Positions 21,353 to 32,423 are shown, counted from the first letter of the stretch. The stretch: 64,000 bases of DNA from Nitrospirota bacterium (GCA_963737155.1 CAVTRN010000001.1:1632001-1696000); one strand, 5' to 3'. The notes: generated from the letters alone by a model not told the origin. Translations and numbers: made by a program.

Positions 21353-21445
21353 TCATGACAGGCTCTCCGGCCTAAGAAGCGCGATCATGAGATAAATAAA
21401 TAGCCCTGCGGAAACAATGCCGCCAATCCAGTAGAATAGTTCCAT
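21353..21445 (-). CDS. kdpF: KdpF (MELFYWIGGIVSAGLFIYLMIALLRPESLS)
   Basis: Read by hand; YL..ALLRPE signature; AAGGAGG RBS. Confidence 0.88.
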   Translation of the reverse strand: MELFYWIGGIVSAGLFIYLMIALLRPESLS

Positions 21446-21459
21446 TCAAGCCCTCCTTC

Positions 21460-21540
21460 CTAGACTTGTTCAACGAGTTTCACGAAATATCAGTTTGCAA
21501 CAAAGAACACAATTGCGATGCCGATAAACAGGACGTCTAT
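21460..21540 (-). pseudogene. Decayed small kdp leader peptide (IDVLFIGIAIVFFVAN*YFVKLVEQV)
   Basis: ATA where a start is expected, internal TGA, RBS-like AAGAAGGA, first position behind the kdp promoter. Confidence 0.55.
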
Positions 21541-21547
21541 GGATCGT

Positions 21548-21632
21548 CCTTCTTTGCATGGATAAATTATAAGCACAAACGGCGTTAAATTGTTGATAAT
21601 AATGGTGCAAAAAGAATTAAAATTTTATAAAG
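21548..21632 (-). promoter_or_regulatory. Conserved kdp-type promoter, copy 1
   Basis: ctttataaaattttaattctttttgcacc…ttaacgccgtttgtgcttataat…caaagaagg; homologous to three other sites. Confidence 0.7.
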
Positions 21633-22228
21633 ATTTACTATGGTTCTTTTGTCACGTACTCCATATATAATTATAAGAATATGCAACAAATAGTCGCCCA
21701 ATCCGGAATCAACCATCGCTATATTTACCGCCCTCGGGCCTCTTCCTAAACTTGATACTCTGGATAAGGAATGCCAGGCGGCCTCTGCACGCCGGATAAT
21801 CAAAATCTCTCAAAGATCAACTCCGCTTCGTGTTAGGATACTAGTCGAACAAAGCCTGGACGTCTGTGATGGATGCACAGTGGAGGTTTGTTCTCAAAAT
21901 AAAGCTTAAGCTAACTTGATAGAAATAATCAACTTAGGCATTTATGAAAGCCATCCTTCACAGGAGGAGCATGGGATTTAGACATGCGTCGCATGTCCAA
22001 CAGCGCTTTTACAAGTCTGTTAAAATTATGTCTGTCTCGTTGCCCCTTACTTGTTTGCAACGGCAGCTGTTAAATAGGATATGCAGAATACCGGTTGATA
22101 CTTGCGCCACTTCTCATCACTGACGATTAGCGACGCCATCTCGAACACGAGCTGCTGGGTTGTGGCGAGATTGCCCCCCGTGTTGCCTGCTTTGTCAATA
22201 TAGAAAAAGTGCATTATCGCCCTACTGC

Positions 22229-22294
22229 GCTTGACACAATCGTTCGCAGGGACTGCGGCAGTTTCGCATGATCCCGCGAAGCGTGATGTTATAG
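22229..22294 (-). repeat. attC-like site closing the DUF4062 cassette
   Basis: Minus strand CTATAAC(atca)CGCTTCGCGGGA…TCCCTGCGAACG(attgt)GTCAAGC; the gene's stop lies in R''. Confidence 0.6.
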
Positions 22295-23290
22295 CTTCTT
22301 TTTTATTTTCACACTTCGAAGTGCTAACATTTTATGTTTGCCCTTTAGGGTTAGAGCCCAAGATAAACCCGCCCCGAAACCGACAGTATTAAGTGACGTT
22401 ACTTGGATAAGACCAAGAGCAAGAAATTGCACTTTTATACTCTGAAGGATATCGATATCTAGTTTTGCCGCAAAGGGCTCTCCAAATCCCGTTGCTTTCA
22501 AAAGTACTAAAGCAATTTGAATTTGTAAGCTATCTTCATCATGCCACCGTAATAAATAAGGGGAAATTAATTTGAAGATGTCTTTCCAAGATATTTTTTC
22601 AAACCATTCTCGGGAAGACTGTCCAGCCTCCATTGAATAAGTTCCAGATATAATAGTTACCTCTTTAAATGCAATATTTTTCGTATCGATGTTGACTTCT
22701 GCAATGCTTTCCATCCTTGAAATTTGTGTTTGCAATTCGTGATTTTCTTTTCTCAAATTATTTATTTCTTCGAGCATTTCCGCGCTTCCTACCTTGCCCG
22801 CTCGAACCCAGCCTTTATTTGGATTATCTCTAATCAACTGAGTTAAGCTTCTGCTTACCACTGCTCCTAATTCATACGTATTGCTCCAGTGCTTATATAA
22901 ATTACTTCTCACAATTGACATAAACTCTTCCAGCTTCTGAACCTGATTCTCATCCTTATCATTTTTATCATCAGGTAAAGAATCGTGGTCATGCCGGATA
23001 AACCCAATGGCAGGTATCCCCTTTGATAGTGCATATTCATATTCTTTGCGAGCGTAACTTTTCTCATCCTGATCTTCGGATCCATAAAAACCACAAATTA
23101 TTACGACATAATAATCACATTTATCAATTAGGTCCTTTATGACAGTCCACTGATCCTCATTCGCCGCAGGATAGTATTCCATACCACATGGGACACAATC
23201 CAATTCGAGGAGCGCTTTCATAACCTCCAGGCGTTCATCAACGAGATTTTCAGATGTTGAGCTCACAAAAACCTGGTACCGCTTATCCAT
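22289..23290 (-). CDS. DUF4062 domain protein (probable integron cassette gene)
   Basis: KRYQVFVSST..L..ER, GMEY.PA, IDKCDYYVVII…YGS, KEYEYA; AT-rich. Confidence 0.85.
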   Translation of the reverse strand: MDKRYQVFVSSTSENLVDERLEVMKALLELDCVPCGMEYYPAANEDQWTVIKDLIDKCDYYVVIICGFYGSEDQDEKSYARKEYEYALSKGIPAIGFIRHDHDSLPDDKNDKDENQVQKLEEFMSIVRSNLYKHWSNTYELGAVVSRSLTQLIRDNPNKGWVRAGKVGSAEMLEEINNLRKENHELQTQISRMESIAEVNIDTKNIAFKEVTIISGTYSMEAGQSSREWFEKISWKDIFKLISPYLLRWHDEDSLQIQIALVLLKATGFGEPFAAKLDIDILQSIKVQFLALGLIQVTSLNTVGFGAGLSWALTLKGKHKMLALRSVKIKKKL

Positions 23291-23455
23291 TGTCTCTTTT
23301 CCCTATAACATCAATTTGGCGACAATAATTCATCATGTAGGTTTCAACTCCTAAACAGTTTCCTTCCTTGCACTCTTCTCGTGCGTAATTGCTGCAAGCC
23401 TGAAGCAGCAGCATAATGGAACGTCTTTTCGCATCCATTCCCCTTCTTCGCGCGG

Positions 23456-24907
23456 TCAGTCTCGTTCCTGCTCTTCATCATCTCTCTCGCCAAAAGACGG
23501 GCGTATTCCCAATTTAAGTATTTTTTTCTTGAGCGTGTTCCGGTTAATGCCAAGCAGTTTCGAAGCATGTACCTGGTTGCCCGAGGTCTTTGTGAGTACG
23601 AGCGAGAGAAGAATTTTCTCCACGCGTTGTGTTACCATAGAATAGATGTCGCTTGTTTCGAGTCCGCTCATACGGTCTACGAGATCGGCAAGTTTTATCT
23701 CAAGATAGTTTTCAAAGGATGATGAAGTGGCGTGGCCTCGTTTGACTATCTGAGGGGGGAGGGAGTCTAAAAATATTTTATCACTCTGCGAAAGGGTGAT
23801 TGCGCGCTGCACCGCGTTTTCCAGTTCGCGGACGTTCCCAGGCCAGTCGTATTTACAGAGGATATCAAGAGTTTCTGGAGTGAACATCTTGGATTTGGTG
23901 CCTGACTGGTATTTCTGTATAAAAAAATCGATAAGAGGAGCGATATCGTCTTTCCGCTTCCTGAGAGGCGGGATGTCGATCTGGATCACATTCAGACGGT
24001 AAAAAAGGTCCTGACGGAAACGTTTGTCCTGAATGGCCTTCTCCAGGTTCTGATGAGTGGCAGCAATCACGCGGGCATATGTTCTGATGGTGTTTGTGCC
24101 ACCCACACGTTCGAACTCGTATTCCTGGAGCACTCGTAAAAGCTTGCCCTGGAGCGACATGCTCAGGTCGCCGATCTCGTCCAGAAACAAAGTCCCGCCA
24201 GAAGCCGCTTCGAATTTCCCTATTTTTTTAGCTGCGGCTCCGGTAAACGCGCCCTTCTCATGCCCGAAGAGTTCGCTTTCAAGGAGTTCCGATGGAATCG
24301 CTGCAGAATTTACGGCGATAAAAGGTCTGCCAGCCCGAGTGCCGCCGTGGAAATGAATTGCCCGGGCAACGAGTTCCTTCCCGGTACCGCTCTCACCACG
24401 TATCAAGACGGTTGCATCGCTTTCCGCGACCCTTCCGATCGTCTTGTAAATCTCCTGCATGGCGGGCGTATTGCCGATCAGTCCGCCTTCGTTTTTATCC
24501 CGCACTTCGGCGCGAAGGACTTCGACCTCGAGCGAAAGCCTCCGTATGTCGAGGGCTTTCTGAATGAGAACATAGACTTCCTCGAGATCGAAAGGCTTCG
24601 TGATGTAATCAAAAGCCCCTCGGCGCATAGCTTCGATTGCGTTCTGCATGTTTGCTTGCGCGGTCATAATTATGACCGGGATCCTGGCCTGTCCGTTCTG
24701 GATTATTTCGAGTGCATCGAGCCCGTTCATACCCGGCATGCGAATGTCCATCATAACCAGGGAGATATCGCCTTTTTTGATCCTCTCGAGAGCCTCAACT
24801 GAACTCCCGGCGACCTCCGTCTCGATATCTTGTTTTTCAAGCGACTTCTTCAGAACCCAGCGAACACTTTCCTCATCATCGACAATAAGAACTTTCTCGT
24901 AACTCAT
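23456..24907 (-). CDS. Sigma-54-dependent response regulator (NtrC-like)
   Basis: REC domain (VDDE, MDIRMP), GESGTGKE, ELFGHEKGAFTGA, WPGNVRELEN, Fis HTH GINRNTL. Confidence 0.93.
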   Translation of the reverse strand: MSYEKVLIVDDEESVRWVLKKSLEKQDIETEVAGSSVEALERIKKGDISLVMMDIRMPGMNGLDALEIIQNGQARIPVIIMTAQANMQNAIEAMRRGAFDYITKPFDLEEVYVLIQKALDIRRLSLEVEVLRAEVRDKNEGGLIGNTPAMQEIYKTIGRVAESDATVLIRGESGTGKELVARAIHFHGGTRAGRPFIAVNSAAIPSELLESELFGHEKGAFTGAAAKKIGKFEAASGGTLFLDEIGDLSMSLQGKLLRVLQEYEFERVGGTNTIRTYARVIAATHQNLEKAIQDKRFRQDLFYRLNVIQIDIPPLRKRKDDIAPLIDFFIQKYQSGTKSKMFTPETLDILCKYDWPGNVRELENAVQRAITLSQSDKIFLDSLPPQIVKRGHATSSSFENYLEIKLADLVDRMSGLETSDIYSMVTQRVEKILLSLVLTKTSGNQVHASKLLGINRNTLKKKILKLGIRPSFGERDDEEQERD

Positions 24908-25063
24908 TGTTGTTCCTCATGATCAGAGAAGGAGCTTTAATCCTGTCTTCTTTGTTCCCGATGAACGTAATCTTTGAATCCAAAACGCGATGTTTCTTAG
25001 AAAATGGCGTCCTGAAACCAGCAGCACAATTCCAAGAACCGCATATTCCAAAGCAAAAAATAT

Positions 25064-25209
25064 TCATATCTGTCTTCTACAAATAATCAAGTTCTGGAGT
25101 ATCCCAAGTTTGTTGGCGGCCTTAGCTATGCTCCCATTACATTCTGTGAGGGCTTTGATAAGCTCATCCCTCACCATTTATCTTCCACTTTCTCTTTCAG
25201 TTTGACCAT
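25064..25209 (-). pseudogene. Frameshifted stand-alone Fis-type HTH gene
   Basis: MVKLKEKVEDK / MVRDELIKALTECNGSIAKAANKLGI read in two frames. Confidence 0.5.
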
Positions 25210-25316
25210 TTTTTTCTCTAAGGTTATGCATTAGTTGATTCGCCCGTATGCATACCTCGGCATCTTCCCTCTAAACCAGTGCTTTTCTATCGACTCTGCG
25301 GTCAAGAGAGACTGAT

Positions 25317-25634
25317 CTAAAGTGCTTCAATAAGAGGGAGGATACATATCCTACAATCTCCCTTTTGGTCTATCCTGACAATCTTACGGATTGTTGCAAC
25401 AACGTTGTCTACCAAGCCATCTGCAACGATAATCTCGACTTCCATTTTTGTCATAAAGTCTGAGATATATTCTGCTCCACGGTAAAACAATGTCTCCCCT
25501 TTCTTAAAGCCGTTACTTACACGTTGGCTAACCATTGTTTCCTCAACCATTATTTCATCGATTCCCATGTCCTGAAGTGCAGTTTTTACCTTTTCTAAAG
25601 TTAACGGCCTAACTATGGCTTTTATCAGTTTCAT
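25317..25634 (-). CDS. Divergent P-II family nitrogen regulatory protein
   Basis: MKLIKAIVRP..LEKVK.AL, YRGAEY T-loop, K.EVEIIV.D; B-loop degenerate (QKGDCRI). Confidence 0.82.
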   Translation of the reverse strand: MKLIKAIVRPLTLEKVKTALQDMGIDEIMVEETMVSQRVSNGFKKGETLFYRGAEYISDFMTKMEVEIIVADGLVDNVVATIRKIVRIDQKGDCRICILPLIEAL

Positions 25635-25728
25635 GATGCTCCTCCTTGCTTTCTTGATTTTCAAATATCCGCATTCGCTGTTCCGGACGTATAATAATTC
25701 CATTCCCTGTCCATGGCGGTAATAAACT

Positions 25729-26061
25729 TTACCGCGTCAGCGAAGCATTTCGTGTCAACTGTACGCGTTCGTTGAGCGTCCTATCATCTCTGCTCATGTA
25801 CGATATCTTGTCCTCATGCCTGTCGGCAAGCATCCATGCTCTTTTATAAAGATATTTCGGTTGTTTCAGTATTACCCTGAATTGCCCGGCCTCAAAATTC
25901 ACCGGCATGAAGAGTCCGGACTCTCGAGCAAGAATATTAGCCTGCACGAACGCCCATTCACTCCCTGTTGTAAATCCTTTGCTCTGGCCGATCGGAAAAC
26001 CAGCCGCAAAACCCATAAGCAATAAAGCGATCATCAATGCACCTCGAATTATTATTTTCAT
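25729..26061 (-). CDS. Hypothetical membrane-anchored or exported protein
   Basis: 110 aa, hydrophobic N-terminus, AAGGAAGG RBS. Confidence 0.55.
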   Translation of the reverse strand: MKIIIRGALMIALLLMGFAAGFPIGQSKGFTTGSEWAFVQANILARESGLFMPVNFEAGQFRVILKQPKYLYKRAWMLADRHEDKISYMSRDDRTLNERVQLTRNASLTR

Positions 26062-26144
26062 TGGCCTTCCTTACTATGAGTTTGTGGTTCGAAAACCACA
26101 TCGCTCTATCCCATAATTTTTCAGCTGTATCTTACGACCATCTT

Positions 26145-26426
26145 TCCTGAAGTTCGGGATTGCGCGTTGACGATCGTTTCACCCGCATGTTTTCCAAAAG
26201 GCGCCGCGGCGTACTTCTGCAATATTTCCTCGATCTTTTCGGCTTGCCGACGGATCACGTTTCAGGTTAGCCACCCATTTGCAGGCAACCCGCTCGGGCT
26301 AAAACTCGACGTTCTGTATAGTGATATGAGGATTAAACCCTGATGCGGACGCGGTGACCATTTCGTTGGGAAAAACCAACTAACCGCTAACAATGCGACA
26401 GCGATGCCAAAATATGTGACGTTCAT
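26145..26426 (-). pseudogene. Collapsed third kdp operon: leader peptide MNVTYF.. joined to a kdpC 3' remnant
   Basis: Minus strand aatcctcatatcact…aaatgggtggctaacctgaaacgtgatccg…gcgccttttgga matches the kdpC2 3' end (~33190-33420). Confidence 0.8.
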
Positions 26427-26434
26427 TGCCATCA

Positions 26435-26518
26435 CCTCCTTTGCGTTGTTTAAATATATGCACAATCGCCATAAAGATGCTGTTAAAAAGATTGTAAAAT
26501 AATAAAGATTTTATAAAG
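26435..26518 (-). promoter_or_regulatory. Conserved kdp-type promoter, copy 2
   Basis: ctttataaaatctttattattttaca…tttatggcgattgtgcatatattt…caaaggagg. Confidence 0.7.
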
Positions 26519-26919
26519 ATATTTTAATATATTTTTTGCCCTGCACTCCATATATAATAATATGAATATGCATAGTATGATCGCTCAATGAGGGACCATC
26601 CACCACCTCAACAGCCCGTGTGATTAAAATATCAAACGAATTTATTGCATATTTCTGATGGAATAATTCCTGTCTTTTGCTCTTTAACTGACATCGAGGT
26701 GGTCAATATCGCGATGCCTGGGAAATTTTAGTGTGGTGCCCACATGTTCATTGTCCGCAGGCTTGACGGTAGCAAATAATATGACAACCCGTGGCAGTCC
26801 GGAAATAGAAGCGGAGTAGGAAACTTCAATCGTATCTCTGGTGAAAGAAAATTGAAATCGGGCTATGGTCGTGTTGTCGGGGCTAGCCTATCTGGAGTAT
26901 ACGGTTAGCGATCAGACGG

Positions 26920-27438
26920 GTGGGAAACATCTATAGGGACGGTTTGGAGCCTGCATTGATCGGGCAAAATCAAACACCTGGAATCATCTTATCTGTCTCC
27001 GTCACGAGGATCTCATGTAACCAGGTCCCAAAGTCTGAAGAGGTTTCCCAAGACTCTTTTGGACAGCTCGCGCTCCGGGCCTTCAAAGTTTATATATTAG
27101 TGATAGCGTTGGTCCTCCTGGACCCGGGTTTCAAACCAATGATCGATATGTACATATCGAAAATTCCAGCACCGATCTTCTATTGGGGTAATATTACCTC
27201 GACGATTCTCGACAATGCCACGCTTGCCGCAGCGGAACTTGGACTCATTCTGACAGCTGCTCAAGTAACGGGTATCATGATGGGCGTCATCATCTCAGGC
27301 AGCATGCGGATCCCTGGAAATATTCCGAATATCATCGCAGCAAACAAGCTGCACATCTCGATCAGAGCATGGGTAAAGGTCGGCGTGCAGTTCGCCCTGG
27401 CGATAATGGCCGTCTATTTCAGCATACTCTACTTCTAA
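26920..27438 (+). pseudogene. DUF1646-like membrane protein fragment
   Basis: YWGNITSTILDNATLAAAE, GSMRIPGNIPNIIAA; only the C-terminal half is intact. Confidence 0.6.
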
Positions 27439-27494
27439 ATTTTCCTCATATCGTACACAATCGAAAAAGCTGTTCTTGTACAAGGTCCCTTGCC

Positions 27495-27612
27495 GTTATT
27501 GCGAGCTGAAGGCGAAGCAATCTCGTGGTATGTCTTGGGATACATTCCGCACACGCGTGTTTTGCAGTCGCCAGAATCCGGGATTGCTTCTTCGTTTCTT
27601 TCCCCATAGTGA
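27495..27612. repeat. REP/MITE-like palindromic element (degenerate)
   Basis: GTTATTGCGAG…GAAGCAATCTC … GGGATTGCTTC inverted arms. Confidence 0.45.
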
Positions 27613-27717
27613 TAGATAGCATGGGATGTTTGAGGCGACTGAACAGTGCACAACTTTTGAACTGAAAACTGCACATTATTTATTCAGATGCTTAAATCAG
27701 TGGCTATCTCCTCAATA

Positions 27718-27802
27718 ATTTAATTAAATTTTATTTCTTTTGCATTCAATCTTAGCAGCAATTTTACGCCGATTGCGCTTATATTTACGCACACAAAGGA
27801 GG
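27718..27802 (+). promoter_or_regulatory. Conserved kdp-type promoter, copy 3
   Basis: aaattttatttcttttgca…ttagcagcaattttacgccgattgcgcttatattt…caaaggagg. Confidence 0.7.
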
Positions 27803-27809
27803 CGATATC

Positions 27810-28013
27810 ATGAACGTTACCTATATGAATATTTTTGTCGCATTCTTCCTGCTCAGTTGGTTTTTTACCAGACACTTTTGGCAAGCGGTAACAGAAAGCT
27901 ATAGCACCAACTTACCGCGGAGACATCGTTCTCGCAGCCGGGCTGGAATTTTCTACATAAGAGATCGATGCGGCCCATTCAGAAACCAACAGCATTTATT
28001 GCAGGGAATCTGA
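27810..28013 (+). CDS. kdp leader small membrane protein (MNVTYMNIFVAFFLLSWFF…)
   Basis: Strong RBS; N-terminus paralogous to the ORF starting at 26426. Confidence 0.55.
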   Translation: MNVTYMNIFVAFFLLSWFFTRHFWQAVTESYSTNLPRRHRSRSRAGIFYIRDRCGPFRNQQHLLQGI

Positions 28014-28086
28014 CTGAAGTGTCTTTGCTTTTTCTCTCAAACAGATTGTTATTAGATGCTACTAAAAGTAGAGGAGGAACTCTTAA

Positions 28087-28182
28087 ATGAACCTTACATT
28101 CTGGCTGCCAGCGATGTTTATCCTGGGCATTGTATTGATGGCGCTTTGTTACCTGTTCATGGAAGTATGCGAGAAAATTTAA
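28087..28182 (+). CDS. Small kdp-associated peptide MNLTFWLPAMFILGIVLMALCYLFMEVCEKI
   Basis: Read by hand; GAGGAGG RBS; paralog of 21220-21315. Confidence 0.78.
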   Translation: MNLTFWLPAMFILGIVLMALCYLFMEVCEKI

Positions 28183-28200
28183 TCAATTGAGGTGATTTCA

Positions 28201-28284
28201 ATGATGATCTATCTGACGGTAGCTGTTGTGGCGTTCTTGTTCATTTACCTGTTTTTGGCGCTGATCCGGCCGGAATGGTTCTAA
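28201..28284 (+). CDS. kdpF: KdpF (MMIYLTVAVVAFLFIYLFLALIRPEWF)
   Basis: YL..ALIRPEWF signature directly upstream of kdpA. Confidence 0.9.
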   Translation: MMIYLTVAVVAFLFIYLFLALIRPEWF

Positions 28285-28333
28285 CAGGGACATCAAGGCA
28301 AGCTGAAATACCTAATTAAAAAGGAGTTAAACA

Positions 28334-30163
28334 ATGTTTATGCAAACCTGGTTTTTACCCATCTTGATTCTGGTAACGGCGAGCGTGGTCGCGTTTCCCT
28401 TAAGTCGATACCTGGCGTGGATCATGGACGGAAAATACCGGCCCTTGGCGGTCTTTGGATGGTTCGAAAAACGCCTTGATAGCGGCCCCCAGAACTGGAA
28501 GCAATACCTCGGCTCCATGCTCGTCTTCAATACGTTGCTGTTTGTCTTTGGTTTCCTTGTGCTGGTGCTTCAGCAATGGATGCCGCTTAATCCTGACGGC
28601 AAGGTGATGCTTGCCCCGAGTACGATCTTTCATAGCGTTGTATCGTTCATGACAAACACGGACCTCCAGCATTATTCGGGGGACCAGCACTTGTCGAACT
28701 TCAGCCAGATCTTCTTTGGCCTTGGCAATTTTTTTACGTCAGCAGCGATCGGTTTCTGCGCACTGACCGGCATCATCCGGGCTTTGCGCGGAGATTCCTC
28801 CCTAGGCAACTTCTTCGTGGACATGTGGAGGGTAATTGTCTACACGTTCGTGCCCGTTGCCGTTGTGATCGCCCTCTTTTTTCTGGCACAAGGCAGCCCG
28901 ATGACCTTCAAAAGCTCTTATCAGGTTTCGACACTCGAACCCGCGGCTATGGGGACAACGGACAAGGGCGAGGTTAAGAAGCAGACCATCGTAGTCGGAC
29001 CGGTGGCGGCCTTCGAGTCTATAAAGATGTTAGGGACAAACGGCGGCGGATTTTACGGCATGAACTCGGCTCATCCTTTCGAAAACCCCACTGCCGCGTC
29101 GAACTTTGTGAACACGCTGTCGATGATGCTCTTCCCGTTCGCGCTTGTCCTCATGTACGGCCGAATGCTCGGCCGAAAGCGGCACGGCGTAGCCCTTTTT
29201 TCGGTGATGCTGACGTTGATGACGGCAACAATTATCTGGGCGATCTACTTTGATACGTTAAAACCGAACCCAGGCTTGACCGCTCATCCAGTGGCCCGAA
29301 CGTATGAAGTTCCCAGCGCATCAGCGCCGGGCGGCAAGCAGACGGTGTCTCTGCCGGCAGTCGCCGGCTTGCCCGTAGACCAGCATCTGGGCAATCTCGA
29401 GGGCAAGGAGATGCGTTTTGGAAACTCTGCAGGCGCAACGTATGCGGCGATAACGACGGATGTGACTGCAGGCGCCGTGAACGCCGAGCACGATAGCCTT
29501 AATCCACTTGCCGCCTTGGCTCCCATGGTTGGGATGTGGCTGAACTGCATCTTCGGCGGCAAAGGCGTGGGGATGATCAACATGTTGATCTTCCTGATAG
29601 TCGGGATCTTTATAGCCGGACAGATGGTGGGCCGGACGCCGGAGTATCTCGGCAAGAAAATCGGAGCGCGCGAAATGAAGCTCGTCACCATCGCCCTGCT
29701 GATCCATCCGCTGATGATCCTGATGCCCAGCGGTCTCTTCGCCGCAATGGATTGGGGACTCAAGGCCGTCAGCAATCCCGGGGCACATGGTTTTACGCAA
29801 ATATTCTACCAGTTTTCCTCGGCTTCCGCAAATAACGGTTCCGCCTTCGACGGCTTAGGAGTGACGTACGGCTTTTTCAATAACCCGAACCCGGCGCCGA
29901 CCGCTGTCGCATGGGACATTGCTACCGGACTGGTAATCGTTATCAGCCGCTTTATTCCGATTATCGCGCCGTTCATAATGGCGGTCTCTTTGGGGGCGAA
30001 GAAGGCGAGCCCCTTTGGTTTAGGAACCATGCGGGATGACACCCCCACCTTCGCCCTCTACTTGCTCAGCGCGATTATCATCATCGGCGCATTGCTCTTC
30101 CTTCCGATCGCAGCGCTTGGACCATTTGCCGAGCATTTCGGGCCGATCCCCTTCGGCGGGTGA
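28334..30163 (+). CDS. kdpA: K+-transporting ATPase subunit A (copy 2)
   Basis: [34 protein letters not shown]. Confidence 0.96.
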   Translation: MFMQTWFLPILILVTASVVAFPLSRYLAWIMDGKYRPLAVFGWFEKRLDSGPQNWKQYLGSMLVFNTLLFVFGFLVLVLQQWMPLNPDGKVMLAPSTIFHSVVSFMTNTDLQHYSGDQHLSNFSQIFFGLGNFFTSAAIGFCALTGIIRALRGDSSLGNFFVDMWRVIVYTFVPVAVVIALFFLAQGSPMTFKSSYQVSTLEPAAMGTTDKGEVKKQTIVVGPVAAFESIKMLGTNGGGFYGMNSAHPFENPTAASNFVNTLSMMLFPFALVLMYGRMLGRKRHGVALFSVMLTLMTATIIWAIYFDTLKPNPGLTAHPVARTYEVPSASAPGGKQTVSLPAVAGLPVDQHLGNLEGKEMRFGNSAGATYAAITTDVTAGAVNAEHDSLNPLAALAPMVGMWLNCIFGGKGVGMINMLIFLIVGIFIAGQMVGRTPEYLGKKIGAREMKLVTIALLIHPLMILMPSGLFAAMDWGLKAVSNPGAHGFTQIFYQFSSASANNGSAFDGLGVTYGFFNNPNPAPTAVAWDIATGLVIVISRFIPIIAPFIMAVSLGAKKASPFGLGTMRDDTPTFALYLLSAIIIIGALLFLPIAALGPFAEHFGPIPFGG

Positions 30164-30237
30164 GCAGGAATGAGTACGTTTATGAAAATCCTGGAACGCT
30201 TACAATAAATTGTGAGATTTTTAAAAAGGAGTTCGAT

Positions 30238-32394
30238 ATGAATAAAGCACCGAATACTACAGAAATAGAACAGCACGTCCGTGTGGCTCCGGAACAGCCG
30301 CACCACCGTATAAAAGCAAGAAAGCTGCTGGAAAAGGAAACGACGATGGCGGCGCTCAAACAGGCATTCGTCATGCTGCGGCCGGACATCCAATGGAACA
30401 ATCCCGTGATGTTCGTCGTGGAAATCGGCGCCATCCTGACGTTGCTGTTTATCGCGAGAGCAGCGCTCGGAGATTCCGGGAGCCAGGTGAGGATGGGTTA
30501 TTTTATCGCGGTCGACGCATGGCTTTTCCTGACCGTATTGTTCGCGAACTTTGCCACAGCCCTTGCCGAGGCCCGGGGTAAAGCACAGGCGGAATCGCTC
30601 CGGCAGACGCGTCATGACACGGTGGCTTTTCGTTTAAAAAACGGCAACAGCATCGAACAGGTTTCCTCGAACGTTTTGAAACCAGGCGATCGGGTCGTCG
30701 TGGAGGTGGGACAAACGATCCCCGGCGACGGAGAGATCATCGAAGGGGCCGCATCCATCAACGAGTCGGCGATTACGGGCGAGTCTGCCCCGGTCATTCG
30801 CGAGGCGGGCGGTGACCGGTCCGGTGTAACCGGAGGTACCGTCGTACTCTCCGACCGAATCGTCGTACGAATCATGAGCGGCGCCGGCGAATCATTCCTT
30901 GACCGGATGATCGCTCTGGTCGAGGGTGCCATCCGGCAGCGAACGCCGAATGAGATCGCCCTTACACTGGTGCTCTCGGCATTTACGCTGGCCTTCTTGA
31001 TCGTGGTGGTTCCTCTTTGGCCGATGGCCTGGAACGCCGAACAATACATGATGGGCTACCTGGGGATCACGGAACCTTTGCACAGCCTGGGCACCGATGT
31101 TCCGACCCTTATAGCGCTTTTGGTCTGCCTGATTCCCACTACCATCGGCGCATTGCTTGCCGCCATCGGGATCGCAGGCATGGACCGGGCTTTACAGGCA
31201 AACATAATCGCCAAGAGCGGCAAGGCCGTGGAGTTGGCGGGAGATATCGATGTCGTGTTGTTGGATAAGACTGGCACGATCACGATCGGGAACCGGCACG
31301 CAACGAAATTCCTGACTATAGGAAATTATTCGGCTGCCGAATTAGGCCGGTTGGCGGCCCTGGCATCCGCTGCCGACGACACGCCTGAAGGCAAAAGCAT
31401 CGTGACGCTGTTCGAGAAGCAGAGCAAAGCCTTGATCAGCGCGCCGCAGAACGCATTGTTCATCCCCTTTTCAGCCCAAACGCGCATGAGCGGCATCGAT
31501 CTTCCTGATGGACGGCGGATAAGAAAGGGTGCGCCAGACGCCATCATCAAATTCGTCGAGGAAAATCACGGAAGTGTTCCAGCTGATCTCGACGACGTGG
31601 TCAATTCCGTCGCGTCCAAGGGCGCGACGCCCCTCGTTGTCGCTGATGGCGGTCGCATCGCGGGCGTGATTGCCCTCGAGGATATTTTAAAGCCCCACAT
31701 GCAGGAACGATTCAAACGGCTGAGACAGATGGGTTTACGGACTGTCATGATCACCGGGGACAATCCCGTTACAGCTGCCGCCATTGCCGCACAGGCAGGA
31801 GTCGACGACTTCATTGCCCAGGCCACTCCGGAATCCAAGCTCGCTTACATCAGGAAGGAGCACGCTCAGGGGAAACTCGTGGCCATGATGGGAGACGGCA
31901 CGAACGATGCTCCGGCCCTGGCCCAGGCTGACGTAGCGCTGGCCATGAACGCAGGAACTCAGGCGGCCAAGGAAGCGGCCAACATGGTGGATCTGGACAG
32001 CGATCCCACAAAATTGATCGAAGTCGTGGAAATCGGAAAACAGTTATTGATGACACGCGGCTCCCTGACGACCTTTTCGATCGCGAATGATGTGGCGAAA
32101 TATTTTGCGATCATTCCGGCGCTTTTTGCCGGAACGTTACCGTGGGTGAAAGCGATCGACGTCATGCATCTGCATTCCCCGGTATCGGCCATTCTGTCGG
32201 CTGTCATCTTCAACGCGCTTATCATTCCGGTGCTCATCCCGATCGCGCTTAGGGGAGTCAAGTACCAGGCGCTCGGCGCCGATGCTTTGTTACAGAGGAA
32301 CCTGCTGATCTGGGGACTGGGAGGCATTATCATTCCCTTTATCGGCATCAAACTGATCGACATGGCCATGGTGACTATGTGCATGGTCAGCTAA
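30238..32394 (+). CDS. kdpB: K+-transporting ATPase subunit B (copy 2)
   Basis: [26 protein letters not shown]. Confidence 0.97.
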   Translation: MNKAPNTTEIEQHVRVAPEQPHHRIKARKLLEKETTMAALKQAFVMLRPDIQWNNPVMFVVEIGAILTLLFIARAALGDSGSQVRMGYFIAVDAWLFLTVLFANFATALAEARGKAQAESLRQTRHDTVAFRLKNGNSIEQVSSNVLKPGDRVVVEVGQTIPGDGEIIEGAASINESAITGESAPVIREAGGDRSGVTGGTVVLSDRIVVRIMSGAGESFLDRMIALVEGAIRQRTPNEIALTLVLSAFTLAFLIVVVPLWPMAWNAEQYMMGYLGITEPLHSLGTDVPTLIALLVCLIPTTIGALLAAIGIAGMDRALQANIIAKSGKAVELAGDIDVVLLDKTGTITIGNRHATKFLTIGNYSAAELGRLAALASAADDTPEGKSIVTLFEKQSKALISAPQNALFIPFSAQTRMSGIDLPDGRRIRKGAPDAIIKFVEENHGSVPADLDDVVNSVASKGATPLVVADGGRIAGVIALEDILKPHMQERFKRLRQMGLRTVMITGDNPVTAAAIAAQAGVDDFIAQATPESKLAYIRKEHAQGKLVAMMGDGTNDAPALAQADVALAMNAGTQAAKEAANMVDLDSDPTKLIEVVEIGKQLLMTRGSLTTFSIANDVAKYFAIIPALFAGTLPWVKAIDVMHLHSPVSAILSAVIFNALIIPVLIPIALRGVKYQALGADALLQRNLLIWGLGGIIIPFIGIKLIDMAMVTMCMVS

Positions 32395-32423
32395 CGCTTG
32401 AAGGATTTAAGGAGGACATATAC

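Noticed and set aside
21490-21492. In-frame TGA in the small kdp leader peptide as a second selenocysteine
   Set aside because: The position corresponds to Trp in the paralogous peptides, the start codon is also lost, and there is no redox motif or SECIS; more likely a nonsense mutation.
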